Positions 9,719-19,839 of a DNA stretch of 64,000 nucleotides are shown here, one piece after another (positions within the stretch are counted from its first letter, which is position 1; each line of letters opens with the position of its first letter). The stretch comes from Porphyridium purpureum (lineage: Eukaryota), in contig VRMN01000003.1 in NCBI GenBank assembly GCA_008690995.1, forward strand, positions 1,736,001-1,800,000. Direction: 5' to 3'. Below the pieces are notes generated by a model. It searched no databases. It had not been told where the DNA came from and saw only the letters and a list, made by a program, of their open reading frames with translations. The translations under genes and the position numbers were made by a program.

Positions 9719-11200
9719 ATGGCGAGTCAGGGTGGGAATGCAGGCGCCGGCGGGCATGCCGACGCCACGGCGCACACGTCGCTGAAAAAGGTGTCGTCCG
9801 GCATGGCGCGCGCTATTGTGCAGAACGATATGGATAACGACTCGAGTAAGTTCAATGTGAATAATATCCGTGGCGCCGTCGAGGCGATTGACAAGTTGCC
9901 CGGCGCCGCGCTGATCCACGAGCTGCTGGATGGCGACGACGAAGGTGAGGAGGAAGACGACGTTTTGCCGGCGAATTTGACCGCGCCAAAGAAGTACAAG
10001 ATTGCCCTGTTTGCGTGGGAGTCGCTGCATAGCATCGCGGTGGGCGGCGTTGCGCCGCACTTGACCGAGCTGGCCGCGGGCTTGGATCGACGCGGCCACG
10101 AAGTGCATGCGTACGTCAGGACGGGCGCGGGCCAAAAAGCATACGAGCTTGTGGACGGCGTGCACCTGCATCGCGTCGGCTTTGATCTGTGCTCAGATTT
10201 TGTGCAGGAATGTACCAACATGTGTAACGCCATGGTGGCCGCCATGAAGGAGACCGAGGCGTTCATGGCTCAGGAGTTTGACATCGTTCACGCCCACGAC
10301 TGGCTTGCCGCGCAGGCACTTATCCAAATCAAGCACACGCTGAACCGACGCTGCGTATTCACCGTTCACTCGACAGAATACGGACGCTGTGGGAACAACA
10401 ACTATGGCGGCGAGTCGGCGCGCATCCGAGCCATCGAGCAAGAAGCAATCAACTGCGGGGATCGCGTGATTGGTGTGTCCGGCGTGCTGTGCGACGAGGT
10501 CAAGCAGCAGTTTTCCTTCGATTGGAACAAGCTGCGTTGCGTATACAACGGAATCAATTGCTATCCATACGACGGCCTGTTGTGGGACCCCAGTGAAGTT
10601 CGCGGCACGTACGGCGTCGGTCCCATGGACCCCATGGTCCTCTTTGTGGGGCGCATGGCCACGCAAAAGGGTCCGGACATCCTCGTGGAAGCTGTGCCGC
10701 ATGTGCTAGCGCTGCGACCCGATACCAAGTTTGTCATTGTTGGAGACGGCTACATGAAGGCAGACCTCGAAAAACGCGCGTTTGATCTTGGCTGCGCGCA
10801 CGCCATCAAGTTCTTGGGCTCAATGAAAGGGCAGGCGCTCGTCGATTTGTTCAAGGCATGTGACGTGGTGGCCATTCCCTCGCGCAACGAACCATTTGGT
10901 ATTGTGACGCTCGAAGCATGGGCTGCGAAGAAGCCTGTTGTCGTGACAAAAAGCGGCGGTCCTCGCGAGTTTGTGTGGCACGACAATGACGGATTCCTCG
11001 TCGACACAAAGCCAGAGGGCTTGAGCTGGGGAATCTGCCAGATCGTCACAAACTTTGCCCACGCAAAGTGGATGGGCGAGCGCGGTCGAGTCAAAGCCGC
11101 GTTTCAGTTCAGTTGGGATCGCATCGCAGAGATCACTAACAACGTGTACGATGAGTTGCATGGCATCTTCCCGTCGCGCGAAGATGTCAAGTTGGCGTAA
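9719..11200 (+). CDS. GT4 family glycosyltransferase (prokaryote-like, glycogen/alpha-glucan synthase-like)
   Basis: KIALFAWESLHSIAVGGVAPHLTELA, HAHDWL, HSTEYGR, LFVGRMATQKGPD, PSRNEPFGIVTLEAW (EX7E motif). Confidence 0.88.
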   Translation: MASQGGNAGAGGHADATAHTSLKKVSSGMARAIVQNDMDNDSSKFNVNNIRGAVEAIDKLPGAALIHELLDGDDEGEEEDDVLPANLTAPKKYKIALFAWESLHSIAVGGVAPHLTELAAGLDRRGHEVHAYVRTGAGQKAYELVDGVHLHRVGFDLCSDFVQECTNMCNAMVAAMKETEAFMAQEFDIVHAHDWLAAQALIQIKHTLNRRCVFTVHSTEYGRCGNNNYGGESARIRAIEQEAINCGDRVIGVSGVLCDEVKQQFSFDWNKLRCVYNGINCYPYDGLLWDPSEVRGTYGVGPMDPMVLFVGRMATQKGPDILVEAVPHVLALRPDTKFVIVGDGYMKADLEKRAFDLGCAHAIKFLGSMKGQALVDLFKACDVVAIPSRNEPFGIVTLEAWAAKKPVVVTKSGGPREFVWHDNDGFLVDTKPEGLSWGICQIVTNFAHAKWMGERGRVKAAFQFSWDRIAEITNNVYDELHGIFPSREDVKLA

Positions 11201-11497
11201 TTTCTGCCGGGCAATGAAGACGCAAGCGTACGTGCAGCATGCGATCTCAGTTTCGAAAGGTGGGCTGCCTGACTTTCTTGGGGATTTTAATTTTCGTCCC
11301 TTTTCGCACTCGGCTTTGCGGAGCACGCGCGGGAAGAAGGGAAAGTATTGGCTCGGATGGATGACATGGAACGAGTTTTGTATGCCGCTGCGGTTCTCTT
11401 CGGGTCATTGTATGAGCAAGTGAGTGAGTAAAAGCCTTTGTATTAGTAGCCAGCCTTGTGGGGAGATATGCTATCACTGCAGCTCGCGTATGGGTTT

Positions 11498-14400
11498 TTA
11501 TTCTACAAAGTCATCTTCATCCACGTAATTATGCAATCGACGAGCGAGCAGGTACTTGTCGTCGCGGATCGTGTCATGCACGCGACGCAGGACGGTGCGC
11601 AGATACCACAGTGCCTGTGCATGCACAAAGGTGCAAAACATAACAAAATAGCCTATGCGGAATGCGACCAGGCACAGATCTTCAGACGTGCCGAACAGGT
11701 TCGGCATGACCATGTGCGTGATTGTGTACGGAAGGCACAGCGCGAACGCGATCCAAAATATAACCGGCACAACCAACTGCGTCAATGTCGCCACAAAGTG
11801 CTGGTCCACGTGATGAAATCCTCCCGCTTGCAGTCTTTGCACGTCCTCTCGCCATGGCAAGTTCAGGTCTGTGCTAATCACTGCGCGCACATACAGCTTG
11901 AGGAAAATGAGCCCTAGTGCCCAGTCCTGGTACAAGTAAAAATATGCGCTCTGCTGGAGGTCCACGCGGAACGGAATTATAAATGTGAGTTCAAGCAACA
12001 GACCTAACCCGACCGGGATTACTCCGAGCTGGAGAACGGACAACACGGCCACTTTCAACGCGCGGACAACCCACATGCTGCATACGGACAACATTTCTGC
12101 GACCGTACAGCTGCGAACAAAGCACAGGAAGTGCGAGAACACTTCCGCGGCGCCCCAAATGGTATACAAGCCGGCTCCAAAGGTGTACACGTCATGCGAA
12201 AGCGAAAACCCAATGCTTGAAAACATGGATCTTCCCAGCAACGTGGGGAGAGTCACCGCAACCACATTCATGACAACCAAGCTAAGCCACGCCAAAAAGA
12301 TCATGCACGAAGCACGTAGCCAAAGAGAGTACGGCGTCACGTACGGCTCGTGAGGCGCTGAACGCCGGCGACCTGCAACCTCGTCATCCGAGAATAAAAG
12401 CTCGGAATCATGCCCGACGTGCGGTGCTTGCGTGTTCGCCTGCTCGTTGGCTTGCTCATGAGCTTCACCTTCACGATCAGCTAAATCAAAGCCAGACGGT
12501 GCCTCCTGCTGCACGTCGGAATCCTTCAACACAAGCTCAGTCAGCCCGAGTCGTCCACCAACAAGACGAATCCAGCCAGCAACCATTCGACGGAGCAGGT
12601 CGCGTGGATTCGTGTGTTGCACGGCTGACGCTAGGGGAACACAAACATGAAATAGGAGCAAATCCGCCGGTACTTCGGTAAGCGGGTCACTGAAGCGGAG
12701 TCGGAACGGAAGCAGTTGCGGAACAAGGAACGCGCACGCGTGCGTCGGCACGTACACTAGAAGAATGATCAGGGGCGCATAGATGAACAAGGAGATGGTC
12801 ATGCGGCGCATGTGACGCGACAAGGGCTTCTCCACGAGTTCTCGCAAGGGGTGCACGTCCGGGTCATCCGGGTTGCGCAGAAACCACAAGAGCTCTGGGC
12901 GGAGAATTTCGCGAAGAAGCGATACGAACAGGGAAACGTTCACCATGTAAACGATGCCCAATATCCAGTGCAGCGCATGGCACGTCCATGGAGCCTCCAT
13001 GCAAAACGCCATACGCTCGCTCCACAGAGCGCCTACAAAGCGAAGCGTACAGACGTCAAGCCACCAGCCGCAGCCCAGCGGGAATAGCCCAAATTCGAAG
13101 ACCAGGAGAAGAAAGACCTTGCAAAAAGTCCCACAGTACAGCACTAGCTGCAGCAATTGCCGGCTCACAGGAGACAGCAGCCTTGGGTATTTGGAGCGCA
13201 GAAGAGATGACACAATTGCGTACAGAAAGCACGCGAGCGTCAACACGCCGTAACCCAGCAGCATGACAAACACGTCATTAAAGTCTCCGTGTCGTGCGAG
13301 CGCGAATTGCGAACTTTGATCAGTGCCTTCCGTATTCTGCCTCAGTACCTGCTTCGAGCCGCCGGCTGGCCACCGAATCCAGCCACTTGGCTGCGTAGTC
13401 GAGACGGCTGGCGCATCAGAAAGATTAAAAACACGCAAAACCTCGTCCTGCAGGCCGCACACAGCGATTTTCCCTTGCGAGCTTGCGCTTACTCCTTCCC
13501 CACGTCCGTTCAGACCGAGAGAATCATGTGAGTTCACTGTGGGTCGCAGCGCATGGAATTCGGCTGCATTGTTGCCCAACGAAAACGCCGCTGCAAGCTT
13601 CAGCGTACCTTGCCCCACGAGCAGAGGAACAAACGCAAATAGGACTAGAAAGAGTACGTTTGAGACCAGCACTGTGCCTGCATTATCCACAAGGTTGCGC
13701 AATGGGCCTCTAAGGCCAATGACTTCTTCTAAAGGGACCTCTTCAGCATCAAAATCGAAAAGGCCCAAAAATGCGCCCGCTCCGTGTCCGTCATGTGCTG
13801 GTTCTAAACCTCCTACACCGCCACCAACCTCGTGCTCCACGTCACCAATAACCTCGACGTTGTCTTCCGCCCCGTTGCCTTCGGCGCCGCCGTTACCTTC
13901 GTCACTGTTGTCATCAGTAATATGAGCGGCGGCGGCCGCAATAGGAGCGGCATCACGTACTTGATCAGCAGGTGTGGACGCGTCGTTTCGGAGCCCATGA
14001 TGGGCATTCTCCAAGCCTCGCTCCCGCGGTACAGGATCTTCTTGTGCGCCCGTGTCAAGCTCAGTATTTTCAGCCGCTGCACGCCGGCCATTTTGTTGCT
14101 GTTCTCGCTGCTGCAGCGGCAAGTTGTTCTGATTTTGTCGGTCTTGTACACCACGATGGTGCTGATGATGGTGGTGATCGTCGTGCGCATGCATCCCATC
14201 AAAATCATCCCAATCATCCTGCTCGGTTCGCAAATACTCGCGGAGCGAGCTAACGCCTAGAAATAAAAACACAATCGCCGCGGACAGCGCGCATCCATAA
14301 AGTGCGTCGGAAATGAGCTTTGCGGAAAACGCAGCGACAGAAGTACACCACCAGTGCAAAAATTCAGTGCGGCTCAGCTGTGCCCACGCAACGGCAGGGG

Positions 14401-15115
14401 TTGACGTTGCGCCAAATCCCCAAAAGACGCGGGACGCCTCTCGAAACGAACTCACGAACATGAGCTGCCAAGTCCAGCTGGTCAGCAAGGGTAATATGAA
14501 TAACCACACGAAGCCGACAATCGTGAGCCGAACACTTGTTGTGATGGTGCTACGTGCGCGCTGCATGATACCGGATAGCAGCTCTGCCACGGGCAACGCC
14601 TCGGGCGTATCTTGCATGTATATAGGCTGGAACCGAAACGGTGTGTGACATAATTCGCACCGCACCACGGTCCGAATATTCCTTGCCGAGTTTGGGCCGT
14701 GCTGATTCTGAGCGAAATCCAGCTCGTGCGGCATGAGCGCACCGTCGGCTCCTTCCGGTGCCTCGGGCGCCAATACCGGTGCGGCGGCGAGCGGCGGCGC
14801 CTGCATCAAGCCCATCACGGGTCTGGATGAAAGCCATTGCACCAAACAATCTTCATGTGTATACTTGATTGAGCCACGACAACGACACGGATGGAACAGC
14901 GGTCGACTGGGAAGCTCTGCTGGACACCGGCAAATTCTGCACTCTGGCTCATCCTCATCAGAAATGAGTCCTGTGTCCTGGAACCCAATCTCCGTCGCTG
15001 CGTGCGCTGCATCCCGCTGTGCCGCCCAGTCCTCCGCACGGTCCAACCTCTCCCCACTATTCCTCACGGCCGCCACATGCCGCCGCGCGTGCGCGCCCAC
15101 TTGATGCTCATCCAT
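11498..15115 (-). CDS. DOA10: ER membrane E3 ubiquitin ligase DOA10/MARCH6/SUD1
   Basis: RING-CH CRICR...LFHPCRCRGSIKYTHEDCLVQW...CELC; TD domain FPLGCGWWLDVC; LRPELLWFLRNPDDP; many TM helices; C-terminal IRDDKYLLARRLHN. Confidence 0.93.
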   Translation of the reverse strand: MDEHQVGAHARRHVAAVRNSGERLDRAEDWAAQRDAAHAATEIGFQDTGLISDEDEPECRICRCPAELPSRPLFHPCRCRGSIKYTHEDCLVQWLSSRPVMGLMQAPPLAAAPVLAPEAPEGADGALMPHELDFAQNQHGPNSARNIRTVVRCELCHTPFRFQPIYMQDTPEALPVAELLSGIMQRARSTITTSVRLTIVGFVWLFILPLLTSWTWQLMFVSSFREASRVFWGFGATSTPAVAWAQLSRTEFLHWWCTSVAAFSAKLISDALYGCALSAAIVFLFLGVSSLREYLRTEQDDWDDFDGMHAHDDHHHHQHHRGVQDRQNQNNLPLQQREQQQNGRRAAAENTELDTGAQEDPVPRERGLENAHHGLRNDASTPADQVRDAAPIAAAAAHITDDNSDEGNGGAEGNGAEDNVEVIGDVEHEVGGGVGGLEPAHDGHGAGAFLGLFDFDAEEVPLEEVIGLRGPLRNLVDNAGTVLVSNVLFLVLFAFVPLLVGQGTLKLAAAFSLGNNAAEFHALRPTVNSHDSLGLNGRGEGVSASSQGKIAVCGLQDEVLRVFNLSDAPAVSTTQPSGWIRWPAGGSKQVLRQNTEGTDQSSQFALARHGDFNDVFVMLLGYGVLTLACFLYAIVSSLLRSKYPRLLSPVSRQLLQLVLYCGTFCKVFLLLVFEFGLFPLGCGWWLDVCTLRFVGALWSERMAFCMEAPWTCHALHWILGIVYMVNVSLFVSLLREILRPELLWFLRNPDDPDVHPLRELVEKPLSRHMRRMTISLFIYAPLIILLVYVPTHACAFLVPQLLPFRLRFSDPLTEVPADLLLFHVCVPLASAVQHTNPRDLLRRMVAGWIRLVGGRLGLTELVLKDSDVQQEAPSGFDLADREGEAHEQANEQANTQAPHVGHDSELLFSDDEVAGRRRSAPHEPYVTPYSLWLRASCMIFLAWLSLVVMNVVAVTLPTLLGRSMFSSIGFSLSHDVYTFGAGLYTIWGAAEVFSHFLCFVRSCTVAEMLSVCSMWVVRALKVAVLSVLQLGVIPVGLGLLLELTFIIPFRVDLQQSAYFYLYQDWALGLIFLKLYVRAVISTDLNLPWREDVQRLQAGGFHHVDQHFVATLTQLVVPVIFWIAFALCLPYTITHMVMPNLFGTSEDLCLVAFRIGYFVMFCTFVHAQALWYLRTVLRRVHDTIRDDKYLLARRLHNYVDEDDFVE

Positions 15116-16024
15116 GAGTGTGCCCAACCCACCATCCACGTCTCCAACGCACTCAAAACTGCTGCGCGCGCACGTAGCGGCGCGACTTCCCTTCCGAAAC
15201 CCACCTTCCTTGCCAAACGTTCCACCCGCGAGACAACCCGGACTCACCACACGCACCCACGGACACGAATGCTCATCACACCAACCAATCCCCACCCGCT
15301 TCCTCTTCCCCACGCACACGAGCCCCCGCCGCTGTCCAGCGCAACACCACGACGCACTGCCGCGCTGCGTTCCCCCCCTCCACAAACCGCGCCCTTGTCC
15401 CCTTCGTTTCCCCCCTCCCGCAACTTGCGTCAGCGCGTCTACAAACTTCTGCCAACCTCCTTCCTCTCCACCACTTCCGCTTCACAGAACCCAGCTGAGA
15501 AAAAGTACAGTGCACAGCTTCTTCTCGGATTTCGGCCTATCGACTAAAAGCTAGCGGCCAACGGCTAGTGGTTAACGGGTAACCGAGAAGAAACGCAACC
15601 TGGAAGTGCGACAGCTGGTGGTGGTGAATGGTAAGCGACCGGAAGAATAGTGCCGCTGGTTTGAAACTCGCGCATGCAGCTTGGCAGAAAACGTTGACCG
15701 CGGTGGTGGTGGCGGGGTCGGGAGCGCAAGTGCCCGTTGGAAAAGTCAGAGGTCTCACACGGGAGGGATGAAACTCGCTTTCGGTTCCGCAGTTGACACA
15801 CCACGGTGCATCGGGAATTTCGCCGCAACAGCTGGGCGAGGTACTGTGAGGAGGTACTGTGATTTAGTGTGGGTACAGTAGAAGTACAGTGATGGACGGA
15901 TGTGAGCGCAGAGGTCACGGCGGCTGCTTGGGTGGGACGAGGCGTGAAGGCAGGGTCTCAGGGTCTGCGTGTGTGTTTGTGTGCGTGTGTGTGTGTGTGT
16001 GTTTATACCTGTGGGTGAGACAAG

Positions 16025-18193
16025 ATGGTGCGTCGAGCGCATGGAACAGGGGATGTGGCGGTGTACGAGATAGCTTCGCGCGAGCGCACAGCAGTGCTGA
16101 ATCCTGCGAGTCGGAATGCGCGCGTGACCGAGTTGCAGAAGCGCCAGCTGCGAAAGCGCAACCTGCACGACTCGGATGTGGATATTCTGCAGGACTTGGA
16201 TTTCCCGACAGTGTGCAGCCGCGCCAAGCAGACGCGTGATGGGCAGTTCATGGGATGCGTCGGGACATACCCGCCGCAGATCCGCGTCTACGATTTTGCC
16301 CAGCTGTGCGTCAAGTTCCAACGGAATGTCGACGCCGAGGTCGTCGATTTTCAGTTCCTCACGGAGGACTGGAGAAAACTCGCCGTTCTTTGCGTGGACC
16401 GCACCCTCGAGTTTCACGCGCAATTTGGAACGTACTACAAACTGCGCATTCCAAAGTTTGGGCGCGACCTTGCTTTTCACCGCGGACAGGCCGACCTCTT
16501 TGTGTGTGGCGCAGGCCCAGAAGTGTGGAGACTGAATCTCGAACATGGACGCTTTTTTGCTCCATGGAGCAGCCAGTCTGGCATGCACAGCGGAAATAAT
16601 GTCATCGGACTGCACCCGTCTAATGGACTGCTCGCGCTTGGAGGCGATTCCGGCTTGCTCGAGATCTGGGACCCCCGGAGTTCGAGCCTGAAAGCGGCGG
16701 GCTTGCTTGACGTGCAAGCTGCCCTCCTTGAAAGCGACGCTTCGCTGCGCTTCGAAATGTCCGAACTGCTAGGGAAGCAGCGCGAGCTGTCAGGTCATTT
16801 TGCGGGCGTCACTGCCCTGCGCTTTAGTGAGGCCGAGGCGGCGACCATGGCGGTCGGGACGCGCTCGGGCCACAGCATGCTGTTCGACTTGCGCTCACCG
16901 CGCGCTCTTACGGTCAAAGAGCAGGGCTTTGACTCTCCAATTCGTACGTTGCGCTTTCTGAACCGCGAGCGCGTGTTAAGTGCCGACGTCAAATCCATCA
17001 AGGTGTGGGACCCTAAGCGGCCGGACGAGAACGTGCTCGCCTTGGAGCCCGCATTCGACGTAAACCAAGTGTGCGTCATTAGGAACAGCGGTGTGATGTT
17101 TGTCGCGGTTGAATCACCCAAGGTACAGGCATACTACGTGCCGGTTCTGGGGTTGGCGCCTGCATGGTGCTCCTTCCTGGACACCTTCACGGAAGAACTT
17201 GAAAACAACACCGCCGTCAATGCCGGCAGCGGCAGGACCGGGGCTTCGGCTTCGGCATCTTCCGTGTACGAAAACTTCAAATTTGTCTCTCGAGACGAGC
17301 TTGCGCAGCTGGGTGCTGAAAATCTGATCGGAAGCACCATGCTGAAACCTCACATGCACGGCTTTTTCATGAACATGCGATTGTATCGCAAGCTTCTTGA
17401 TGTATCGCAGCCGTTTGCGTACGAGCAGTACCGAAAACAGCGCATTCAGGAGAAGCTTGCACAGCAGCAAGAATCAAGGATTGCCAAAGTGGGGCGCAGG
17501 CAGCTGCTGTCCGGCACGCCCGCGGCGCACGAGACGGCGCGCGCAAACATTGAACTGTACAAAAAGAAGCTGCATGATGCCAAGGCAGATGCGAAGAGCA
17601 AGAAAGCCGGTCGAGCTGAAACTATGCTGCAGGACGAGCGTTTCGCAGCCCTGTTTGCCAACAAGGACTTTGAGATGAGTGTCGATGACCCGCGGTACAA
17701 GCATCTTAATCCGAGCGCTGCGTCTGCATCCCAAGCAAAGCACGCTGACCGTCGTCGCGCGCTTGAGGATGAAGATAGCGGTGTGGATGGAGGCAACAGT
17801 GACACAGACGACGAACCAGGCTCAGACCAACACGGCTTTGAGGGGGAGGACGGCACGGGGAGCCTGGACAGTAGTAGCAGTGATGGACTCGTCGCTCCAT
17901 TGTCAGACTCGGATAGTGATCATCAATTGCGCTCGAGGAAAGCGAATGAGCAAGCAGTTCGAGCCACTCGGGCAGAGGGCGCTCCACAGCAGAAAAGTTT
18001 GCGCCTGTATGAAGAGGAAAACGTGAGCGCAATTCCATTGTTCGGCGAGTCTCAGGCGCACAGGTCCGCCGAGCCGAGATCTGGGAACTTGAAAAGGAAT
18101 CAGCGCCAAGCGAAAATGGCGCACATGTCTCTTGGAGAACGTGTGCAGCACAGTGCGCGGAAGGGAGTGGGACGTCGGCGGAGTACAGGATGA
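16025..18193 (+). CDS. NOL10: nucleolar protein 10 / Enp2 (SSU biogenesis, WD40 + NUC153)
   Basis: ILQDLDFP, GTYPPQIRVYD, RIPKFGRDL, LGLAPAWCSFLDTFTEELE, VYENFKFV, MHGFFMNMRLY, DERFAALFANKDF. Confidence 0.92.
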   Translation: MVRRAHGTGDVAVYEIASRERTAVLNPASRNARVTELQKRQLRKRNLHDSDVDILQDLDFPTVCSRAKQTRDGQFMGCVGTYPPQIRVYDFAQLCVKFQRNVDAEVVDFQFLTEDWRKLAVLCVDRTLEFHAQFGTYYKLRIPKFGRDLAFHRGQADLFVCGAGPEVWRLNLEHGRFFAPWSSQSGMHSGNNVIGLHPSNGLLALGGDSGLLEIWDPRSSSLKAAGLLDVQAALLESDASLRFEMSELLGKQRELSGHFAGVTALRFSEAEAATMAVGTRSGHSMLFDLRSPRALTVKEQGFDSPIRTLRFLNRERVLSADVKSIKVWDPKRPDENVLALEPAFDVNQVCVIRNSGVMFVAVESPKVQAYYVPVLGLAPAWCSFLDTFTEELENNTAVNAGSGRTGASASASSVYENFKFVSRDELAQLGAENLIGSTMLKPHMHGFFMNMRLYRKLLDVSQPFAYEQYRKQRIQEKLAQQQESRIAKVGRRQLLSGTPAAHETARANIELYKKKLHDAKADAKSKKAGRAETMLQDERFAALFANKDFEMSVDDPRYKHLNPSAASASQAKHADRRRALEDEDSGVDGGNSDTDDEPGSDQHGFEGEDGTGSLDSSSSDGLVAPLSDSDSDHQLRSRKANEQAVRATRAEGAPQQKSLRLYEEENVSAIPLFGESQAHRSAEPRSGNLKRNQRQAKMAHMSLGERVQHSARKGVGRRRSTG

Positions 18194-18273
18194 ACAAGAA
18201 TGAATGTGAAGCTGGAACATCTGACTCCATGGGCCAACCGCTTGAGCGCAATCGACGGTTTCTGGTCAATCCT

Positions 18274-19578
18274 TTACACGACTGCATCGCTGTCAAAATG
18301 TTGGACCCTTGGCTGCGATGCACGTAAACGCTTCGTGTGCACCAGGCAAACTGATAAAGCAATGACCGTGAGTGGGAGGAAGAGTGTATAAAATAAAATC
18401 AGACATACGAGCACGGGCCCGGACGAACGCAGAATGACCATGAAGAGTTCAGGCACTGTAACGCGGTTTTGATGTCGCATCCATACCTCATATGATTGGT
18501 CATCCGCTTCAGCTTTGGATGCTCTGTCCTGGCCGGCATCATAGAACAAATTATAAAGCCACCTTTTCAATCCATGAGCCAAAACGTCATGGGCCGTTGC
18601 GGCCAGCCGGGCAGCTTGTGTGTGCTCGACCCCTGTCGATGACAGAAAGAGCTTCTCAAGCACTTCGAAGTTCCGACTAACTTCATCAACTGATGCACTG
18701 CGTTTTAAGTGCAATGTTGCATACAGATTCGATTCTTCAATCTCGACAATGCGTCGCGATTCAGCGCTGGTAGATAATCCCGGCCATGCTATTGTGAATT
18801 CTTGGAATGCAGCCGCGGGCTCGACTGGTACCGCTACTTCTGCTCTTGACTGTGGTGCAACCGTTGGCCTAGGAGGATGATGGACAGAAACTTGCTCGCC
18901 TACCATGCCATCATCCGACTGTCTGCGTCCTGGCAGCGGCTCGCTCGTTTGCCGTTGCACTTCTGTAGGGTGGGTCTGATGCGCCGCTAAAAGTGCCACG
19001 TTCGATTTCTCGTTCACTTCATTTCCCTGTGGATGCTCTGATCGTTTGAGCGATTCCGTCAGCTCCTCCCTCTGCCGCTGCCTTTCCCCTTCCATGCGCA
19101 CCGACTCGGCCAAGGCCTGGGCAGTTTGGAGGCCCTCCACTAGCACGGGGTCGCTTGGGCATCGACGAAGGCCCATCTCGTACACTGCAGTCGCCTCGCC
19201 ATACTGCCGTCTCTCCAAAAACACTTGGGCCTTTCTCCACCAGCCCTTGGGCCAGGTCGGGTCTATTTGGGTGCACAGCACTGCGTCGAGCTCTGCACAC
19301 GCGCACGCACCGAGCTTCAGATACGCGGCAGATCGATTACTGTGCAGAATGAGCGCCAACTGGGTTGGTTCAGCAAGCGGCGCGCTGCCATCTCTTGCAT
19401 TCGCGCTGGGTGACGCTTGTCTTGTAAGCGCCCAGTCGCGCAACTCGCAGTCGAGGCCACGCGTGTAACACGCGATTGCATCACAATGCTGAGCGGCCGA
19501 GAAGTGCCGGTTTCCCTGCTCTTTCCAGTCGAGCGCACTCCAGCGTTCCATCGCTACTCCGTCCGCGTGTCCGTTCAT
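18274..19578 (-). CDS. TPR-repeat protein with degenerate J-like domain and C-terminal TM helix
   Basis: WKEQGNRHF...AIACYTRGL, LHSNRSAAYLKLG, DPTWPKGWWRKA (Hop-type TPR); NLYATLHLKRSASVDEV...AHDVLAHGLKRWLYN is J-like but lacks HPD; hydrophobic tail. Confidence 0.75.
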   Translation of the reverse strand: MNGHADGVAMERWSALDWKEQGNRHFSAAQHCDAIACYTRGLDCELRDWALTRQASPSANARDGSAPLAEPTQLALILHSNRSAAYLKLGACACAELDAVLCTQIDPTWPKGWWRKAQVFLERRQYGEATAVYEMGLRRCPSDPVLVEGLQTAQALAESVRMEGERQRQREELTESLKRSEHPQGNEVNEKSNVALLAAHQTHPTEVQRQTSEPLPGRRQSDDGMVGEQVSVHHPPRPTVAPQSRAEVAVPVEPAAAFQEFTIAWPGLSTSAESRRIVEIEESNLYATLHLKRSASVDEVSRNFEVLEKLFLSSTGVEHTQAARLAATAHDVLAHGLKRWLYNLFYDAGQDRASKAEADDQSYEVWMRHQNRVTVPELFMVILRSSGPVLVCLILFYTLFLPLTVIALSVCLVHTKRLRASQPRVQHFDSDAVV

Positions 19579-19652
19579 CCTCCTGCGTGCCGTCTCTCGG
19601 AAACTCCCGCTCCAACCTCCGAGCCAGCGCAGCGTGAAAAGTCACCATTGCA

Positions 19653-19768
19653 ACTGTACCACTTCACAGTACTCCTAAAGATGGAGTACAGTAAGTGTAC
19701 TCAATGGTACAGTGTCCCGTGGACTGTACCTCTGAGTACTGGGTTCGAAACAAAAAATTGGCGCGAAA
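19653..19768. promoter_or_regulatory. bidirectional promoter region with GTAC cluster and E2F-like site
   Basis: Seven GTAC cores, four of them full GTACAGT/ACTGTAC, in 19653-19739; TTGGCGCGAAAA at 19758-19769; lies between the divergent TPR and DDM1 genes. Confidence 0.5.
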
Positions 19769-19839
19769 AGTCGAAGGGAAGCGAGGAGGCGTGGAGGGTG
19801 TTGGGGGAAGGAGTGGTCAGAGATAAGGTAGGGGTAAAG

